DNA from: Pseudobacter sp.
Lineage (GTDB): Bacteria; Bacteroidota; Bacteroidia; Chitinophagales; Chitinophagaceae
Direction: 5' to 3'
NCBI RefSeq assembly: GCF_051955275.1
Contig: NZ_JBQCGW010000294.1
Location: 695-64,694, forward strand
DNA length: 64,000 nt
Position numbers and translations under genes: made by a program. Below, in pieces: positions 61,018 through 64,000 of this stretch; position 1 is the first letter of the stretch; each line of letters begins with the position of its first letter. The notes under the pieces were generated by a model. That model was not told where the DNA came from, made no database searches, and was given only the letters and a program-made list of their open reading frames with translations.

Positions 61018-61440
61018 TTGTAACTCTTTCCGATAATTATTGGATGTTTTTTAAAATATAGCTGGTGCTTCTGCCGCCCCCGGGTTCTTTACCCGATTCG
61101 GTTAAGAAACAGGAAATGCGGTGAAAAACTACTTTATTCTCCGCAAAAATGAGTAGAATAATGTATGCCGGTGGAACCCGGCCGGATTGACTTTATTCAA
61201 TAAATCCATCGTTAACGCTTTTGAACTCTTAAATTTCCTACCTTAAAATAAGCATTTGAGAATCCCTGCCCGGTGATTACTGCATATCCTCCCTTCTTTC
61301 TCCTGACGTCCTGCATTTGTTAGTTTCTACAGAACCTGCCCGGAAACTCCGAGTGATTGTTGCTTCTGCATCTTAACAACAGAAGCCTTATCCCCTCCGT
61401 CTCCTTACACATCCATTTCAAGAACTTAAAACATGTAAAC

Positions 61441-62163
61441 ATGAGAAAGGTATTTCTTATCTGTCTGCTTATTCCTGTGATAGGAATGGGGCAGACGAAA
61501 AATGTCATTAATTTCTTCCGCATTTTCGCCAAACCTGAAAAGGGAACAGAGCTTGAAAAAAAGCTGACGGAACATGCATTGAAGTTTCATTCAGGAAACT
61601 GGAAGTGGCGGGTATTTGAGATCCAGACGGGACCTGATGCGGGAGGCTACCAGGTGATTGAGGGGCCTCTGAGCTGGGCTGAGTTTGATGCCCGTGGTGA
61701 TCTGGGGGCGGAACATCTTGCACACTGGAACAATGTGGTTATGCCATTGACCACAGGAGAGGGAACGCAGGCCTATGCAACATTCCTGGAAGATCTGAGT
61801 ACTGTTCAGCTCACCGACTATGCTGATAAGATCGTGATCAATCATATGTTCCCGAAACCAGGCATGGTGATCAGGATGAAGGACATGATCGCCAATCTGA
61901 AAAAAGCATGGCAGGCAGGTAACGAAAGTGTAGCGGTATATGAAGCCAGTTATTCAGGAGCCCCGCAGATCTCCACGGTTACGAGGCTGAAGGCGGGATT
62001 GAAAGAACTGGATGAAGCATTCCGGAAACCGCTTTCTGAAAGATATGATGCTTCAAATGCGCCATCCACCTGGGATGATTTCCTCAAAGAATATGCGATC
62101 TGCGTGGAAAAACGATGGAGTGAAATGTTATTATACCGGCCGGAGCTCGGATCAAAAAACTAG
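61441..62163 (+). CDS. Secreted hypothetical protein
   Basis: ATG at 61441 gives the signal peptide MRKVFLICLLIPVIGMGQ. I recognise no domain. Confidence 0.6.
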   Translation: MRKVFLICLLIPVIGMGQTKNVINFFRIFAKPEKGTELEKKLTEHALKFHSGNWKWRVFEIQTGPDAGGYQVIEGPLSWAEFDARGDLGAEHLAHWNNVVMPLTTGEGTQAYATFLEDLSTVQLTDYADKIVINHMFPKPGMVIRMKDMIANLKKAWQAGNESVAVYEASYSGAPQISTVTRLKAGLKELDEAFRKPLSERYDASNAPSTWDDFLKEYAICVEKRWSEMLLYRPELGSKN

Positions 62164-62194
62164 TGGGTTTGTTTAGGAATCAGAGCCGTACCTC

Positions 62195-62225
62195 GAGCCC
62201 GCCCGATAGAGCGGGCTCTTTTATT
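62195..62225 (+). terminator. Terminator of the 61441 gene
   Basis: Stem GAGCCCGC / GCGGGCTC, followed by TTTTATT. Confidence 0.75.
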
Positions 62226-62236
62226 ATGAAAACAGT

Positions 62237-63331
62237 TTAGTTCAGGCTCTTCTCCAGTTTGCTGATCTCTTTTTTATCCGCCTCCGACAACGGACAGATC
62301 TTACGCGCTTTATAATACAGGTTGAGCCTGGCTTGTTTGTCAGATTTCTCCTTACTGTCACTCAGTGCATAAATAGAACTGAAATATGTTTCGCAAAGTA
62401 TCTTTTCCAGTTCCTGTTTTTCTATGCTGGATGGCCTGTAGCGTTGTACATATTTATTATAAGCGGCTTCTGCCTGATCCACTTCGTTTCTTTTGGCAAA
62501 GGTCTGGATCTGGTATTTGAGGTTGTCTATGATTTTTGCTTTTGCTTCTTTCTGGTATTTTCTGATTCCTGACCTGTTCAGGTATGTTTCGTATGCTTCC
62601 ACTGTAGCCTTGCCTTGTGCACTCTTCCAGGCGATCTCATCTTCCGCAAATTCAATTTTATCAGGCAGTTGCCTGTTGTTGGGTTCCTGTTCCAACGCCT
62701 TTTTATAACTGGTGAGCGCAGCTTCAAAATCTTTTCGTTGAAACTGGGCATCACCGGTTTTTGTATAGCTTTCCAGTTTGTCGGCACCTGCTACCTCTTT
62801 ATTGCTGCTGAGTTTTTTGCGCAGTTCTTTTGCACCGGTAATTTTGGCAAGGGCAGGATCATCCAGCAGCTCTGCTGCCTGCACAAGGTGATTCTTTCTT
62901 ATCAGCAGTTCCACTGCATTAACGCCCGCATTGATATTACTTTTATCGAATTGCCAAAGCTTGCTCCATTGGTATGCTTCAAGGCTGTTGATATCATCCA
63001 GGTTTACAGGCTGAGGGATCAGTTGTTTTAATTCCTGTATCTGCTTCCCTAATTCTCTCGATTTACTTTTCCATTTTTCATCCCCGAACAGGAAGGCTTT
63101 TGCATTATAGCCTTCTGCCTTTGCAAATTCGGTTTGCCTGCAAAGGGCAAGCGCCGTGTAATAGTAGCCCAGAGGTTGGAGAGGCTCCTCTGCCATGATA
63201 TTGAGCGATCTCATCATCACCTGGTCCCAGTTCCGGGCCAGGATGAACTGGTTGATCTCTTTTTCTGTATTCTGCTGTGCGTTCACCTGCCATGCAGTGA
63301 GGCAAAGCAATACAAATAATATTCTGCGCAT
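62237..63331 (-). CDS. Secreted helical-repeat (TPR-like) protein, function unknown
   Basis: ATG at 63331 gives the signal peptide MRRILFVLLCLTAWQVNAQ. One clear TPR-like unit is present (..GDAQFQRKDFEAALTSYKKALEQEPNN..), and the protein is lysine/glutamate-rich and helical throughout. Confidence 0.6.
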   Translation of the reverse strand: MRRILFVLLCLTAWQVNAQQNTEKEINQFILARNWDQVMMRSLNIMAEEPLQPLGYYYTALALCRQTEFAKAEGYNAKAFLFGDEKWKSKSRELGKQIQELKQLIPQPVNLDDINSLEAYQWSKLWQFDKSNINAGVNAVELLIRKNHLVQAAELLDDPALAKITGAKELRKKLSSNKEVAGADKLESYTKTGDAQFQRKDFEAALTSYKKALEQEPNNRQLPDKIEFAEDEIAWKSAQGKATVEAYETYLNRSGIRKYQKEAKAKIIDNLKYQIQTFAKRNEVDQAEAAYNKYVQRYRPSSIEKQELEKILCETYFSSIYALSDSKEKSDKQARLNLYYKARKICPLSEADKKEISKLEKSLN

Positions 63332-63341
63332 ATCAAATTCT

Positions 63342-64000
63342 TTAATTGTCAATTAAATTCTCAAAGCGGTTCCTGGCTTTCTGCTGCTCTATTGCCTCTT
63401 GCTCAGAGACACTGTTTCCGCCTTCATAACCTTTGTACAGGCTATCATAGTAAGCCCTTAATTCAGTGCAGTTGGTGTAAACAACAGAACCATTGGTTCT
63501 TCTGATCCTGTCGATGCTGTTGAGGCAGTCTTTGGTCCTGTTCCAGGTCATATTGGCTTCGTTGACTACATAGGTGCCATAACAGGCGCAGCTTACAGAC
63601 TGGCATGCACGAAGAACACGCACGCGTTCACCATCAGCTACATTCACCCATTTGTTGTATTCTCTGTTTTTTTCATCGGTCTTCAGTTTGTAGAGTTTGC
63701 TCATGCCGGATAAGCGTATCTCCGCATTGTTTTTGGCTTTCTGCAGGATCTCTCTCTGAGCAGTGAAGGCATCTTCCACCAGCTTTACGGCTTCAGCGAT
63801 CTTACTGCTTTCGTTGCTGCTCAGCTTGAAACTTTCGTTACGGATCATGGTGGTTTCCTGGTAAAGCTGGTCTTTCAGTTGTTTGATGGCAGTGGTCAGT
63901 TCGCGCACTTTTGTTTCTTCCGCCCATTGGGATTTAAGCAGGTTGTTTTTCTGTTCTTCGTAGGCCAGCTTCTGTGTTTCCGGACCTTTGTGATCCTGTA
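63342..64000 (-). CDS. Coiled-coil protein with a Cys-containing C-terminal domain, function unknown (5' end outside the window)
   Basis: The frame is open to the window edge (..QDHKGPETQKLAYEEQKNNLLKSQWAEETKVRELTT..). It stops 10 nt before the next gene, which suggests an operon. The C-terminal part contains six Cys (..ACQSVSCACYG..KDCLNS..TNCTEL..). Confidence 0.6.
   Translation of the reverse strand, partial: QDHKGPETQKLAYEEQKNNLLKSQWAEETKVRELTTAIKQLKDQLYQETTMIRNESFKLSSNESSKIAEAVKLVEDAFTAQREILQKAKNNAEIRLSGMSKLYKLKTDEKNREYNKWVNVADGERVRVLRACQSVSCACYGTYVVNEANMTWNRTKDCLNSIDRIRRTNGSVVYTNCTELRAYYDSLYKGYEGGNSVSEQEAIEQQKARNRFENLIDN

Overview
This is a chromosomal segment from a Bacteroidota genome, probably Chitinophagia/Sphingobacteriia-like. 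Supporting signs are SusC/SusD pairs, an ECF-sigma/FecR/STN-SusC cascade, many lipoproteins, TAnnTTTG -7 promoter boxes, HemJ and HmuY. About 50 protein genes can be supported. Housekeeping genes include gatB, alaS, ileS, rbfA, frr, scpA and mscL. They sit around a ~21-kb heme block (9.9-31.3 kb). That block holds an AraC regulator, a heme TonB receptor, an HmuY-like lipoprotein, the HmuTUV ABC importer, an HmuS/ChuS-like protein and a PepSY membrane protein. Two tandem paralogous lipoproteins of unknown function follow, and then all nine enzymes of protoporphyrin-dependent heme synthesis (hemA-C-D-E-F-B-L, hemH, hemJ). I found no rRNA, tRNA, CRISPR array, transposase or recognisable defence genes. 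The signals most worth follow-up are mainly non-coding or unannotated: (1) a family of ~115-bp intergenic elements made of 3-4 tandem GC-rich stem-loops with imperfect inverted ends, four copies, all in the same orientation relative to local transcription, three of them inside the hem cluster; (2) a 1.28-kb AT-rich stretch with no ORF >=60 aa between hemJ and ileS, whose 5' part folds by eye into stacked hairpins with mutually exclusive helices ending in an intrinsic terminator; (3) a tandemly duplicated ~1.07-kb lipoprotein module whose long leaders keep a palindromic box and a hairpin with compensatory changes; (4) unusual protein architectures: a DksA/TraR core fused to a ~170-aa Lys/Ala/Pro histone-H1-like extension, ScpA with an 88-aa D/E tail, a double-length HmuY-like protein, and a PDZ protein with a (GEK)6 collagen-like run. 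All functional assignments come from reading motifs by eye. No database search or folding program was run.
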